From a virus (lineage: Duplodnaviria > Caudoviricetes): DNA of 64,000 nt. Position numbers and translations under genes: made by a program. Below the pieces are notes generated by a model that was not told the origin of the DNA, ran no database searches, and saw only the letters and a list, made by a program, of their open reading frames with translations. Positions 62,809 through 64,000 of the stretch are shown here, piece by piece. Location: the IMG/VR virus record IMGVR_UViG_3300017791_000021, positions 47,016 to 111,015 of that record; one strand, 5' to 3'. Numbering within the stretch: the stretch's first letter is position 1; each line of letters opens with the position of its first letter.

Positions 62809-63999
62809 TTATGCCTCCCAAGGCCACTTCTGGCTCTGACCCGCCTCAATGAGAGGGATCATCTGGAAACCCTTGTCAGTCAGTCCACCGAAGGTGTGAC
62901 GCTTCTTAGAACCAGACTGACTCTGACCAACACGGTAACCCTCAAGGTTCCAGGTATACACCGGAGTGCTTACCGGAACGCTTGCAAGAGGATCGCCACC
63001 CCAACCGTTGTACTGCTCATCGGTGATGATGATAACACGGTCATGACCCTTGAAGCTACCCTTTACCGCCGCAGCAGTATCGGTGCCACCCATGTCACGG
63101 AACTTGTCCATCATCGGAAGTAGCGAGTTACCCTTCTTGAAGCTTACAGCCTCGTAAGGCTTACGTCCACCCCAAGAAGAACCGAACTGAATCAAGTCAG
63201 CATTCTCAGCTCGAAGCGCAAGCGCAGAACCGAAGATAGCAGCCTTATCAGCCATAGTCAACTCGGAGTCAGTACGGTGGTGCTGGAACATAGAACCAGA
63301 ACGGTCAACCAGGATCAGAGTACGCCCAGTCAGAGACGGAACGTTACTCAGAGATGCCTCAAGAGCTTCCTCAAGCGCCGCAGCGATCTTCAGGTTACCC
63401 TTGTTGGCCTGGTAAGCCGCAAGGAAACGGAACGGGAACTGCTTGCTCTTAGCAACCTGAGCCGGATCGGACAGCTTAGCAAGAACACGGTTCAGCACAG
63501 TAGCACTGATACCGGCATCCTGGAAGTTACGCAGGTTGCGAAGCAACGCCATGTAACCCATGTTCGGGATAACAGCCTCCCACGCAGCCTTGTCCATCGG
63601 ACCCTGAAGCCATCCGGACAGAGCTTCCCACGTCATGCCAGCACGAGACAGAGTTTGCATACCAGCCTGAGTACCAATGAGAGCCTTACGCTTCTCAACA
63701 GGAGCAGACATCAGGTTAGCACGAGTGCTAATCATGTCAAGCTCGTAGTTGTGATCAAGAATGGTGTCGTTGCCGTAGCGACGATCAAGCGCATACTTGA
63801 ACAGAGCGTTCTGCTGTGCATTCTCAGCCTTGGCGTGAGAAAGCTGAAGAACGTCAGCGAAACGGTATCCCTTGGAATCCGTGTCGTACTTAAGCCAAGA
63901 GTACTCGTTGTAGAGACGCTTTGCGCCATCTGCAACACCCTTCTTAAGGTACGCAGGGAAGTTCTTGCCGTACTTGCTCTCGTAGTAAGCCAGCACCTC
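62809..63999 (-). CDS. rsr: Ro60 / TROVE-domain RNA-binding protein, N-terminus beyond the window edge
   Basis: TWEALS, MGYMALLRNLRNF, QFPFRFLAAY; vWA MIDAS LVDRSGSM, GGTD, IITDEQ; frame open to the edge. Confidence 0.95.
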   Translation of the reverse strand, partial: EVLAYYESKYGKNFPAYLKKGVADGAKRLYNEYSWLKYDTDSKGYRFADVLQLSHAKAENAQQNALFKYALDRRYGNDTILDHNYELDMISTRANLMSAPVEKRKALIGTQAGMQTLSRAGMTWEALSGWLQGPMDKAAWEAVIPNMGYMALLRNLRNFQDAGISATVLNRVLAKLSDPAQVAKSKQFPFRFLAAYQANKGNLKIAAALEEALEASLSNVPSLTGRTLILVDRSGSMFQHHRTDSELTMADKAAIFGSALALRAENADLIQFGSSWGGRKPYEAVSFKKGNSLLPMMDKFRDMGGTDTAAAVKGSFKGHDRVIIITDEQYNGWGGDPLASVPVSTPVYTWNLEGYRVGQSQSGSKKRHTFGGLTDKGFQMIPLIEAGQSQKWPWEA

Positions 64000-64000
64000 A

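Overview
64-kb segment of a large lytic, contractile-tailed (myovirus-type) bacteriophage genome, almost entirely encoded on the minus strand. An actinobacterial host is inferred from gene content and TTGACN-17-TANNNT promoters. From left to right: (1) a replication/nucleotide-metabolism region with class II ribonucleotide reductase, family A DNA polymerase, SSB, SNF2 helicase, primase, DnaB helicase, DnaC-like loader and polynucleotide kinase-phosphatase, interspersed with many small ORFs; (2) a virion operon of about 34 kb (terminase, portal, scaffold, major capsid, neck, sheath, tube, tape measure, baseplate, fibres); (3) an RNA-centred island of about 6 kb with Ro60/TROVE, RNA ligase, thioredoxin and 13 recognisable tRNAs. 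The island is the most novel part. It contains a 78-nt mini-tmRNA (complete alanine tRNA-like domain, no tag-coding domain), an adjacent 27-aa proline-rich peptide ORF starting 1 nt after a tRNA, a D-armless tRNA-Arg(UCU)-like RNA, two unannotated KOW/SH3-like microproteins, and several structured RNAs in tRNA spacers, one directly behind Ro60. Other signals are a likely +1 frameshift (UUU_CGU) in the tail chaperone, a Tad1/Acb2-like hairpin protein, and repeated intergenic hairpin elements. All RNA folds and family calls were made by eye; no searches were run.
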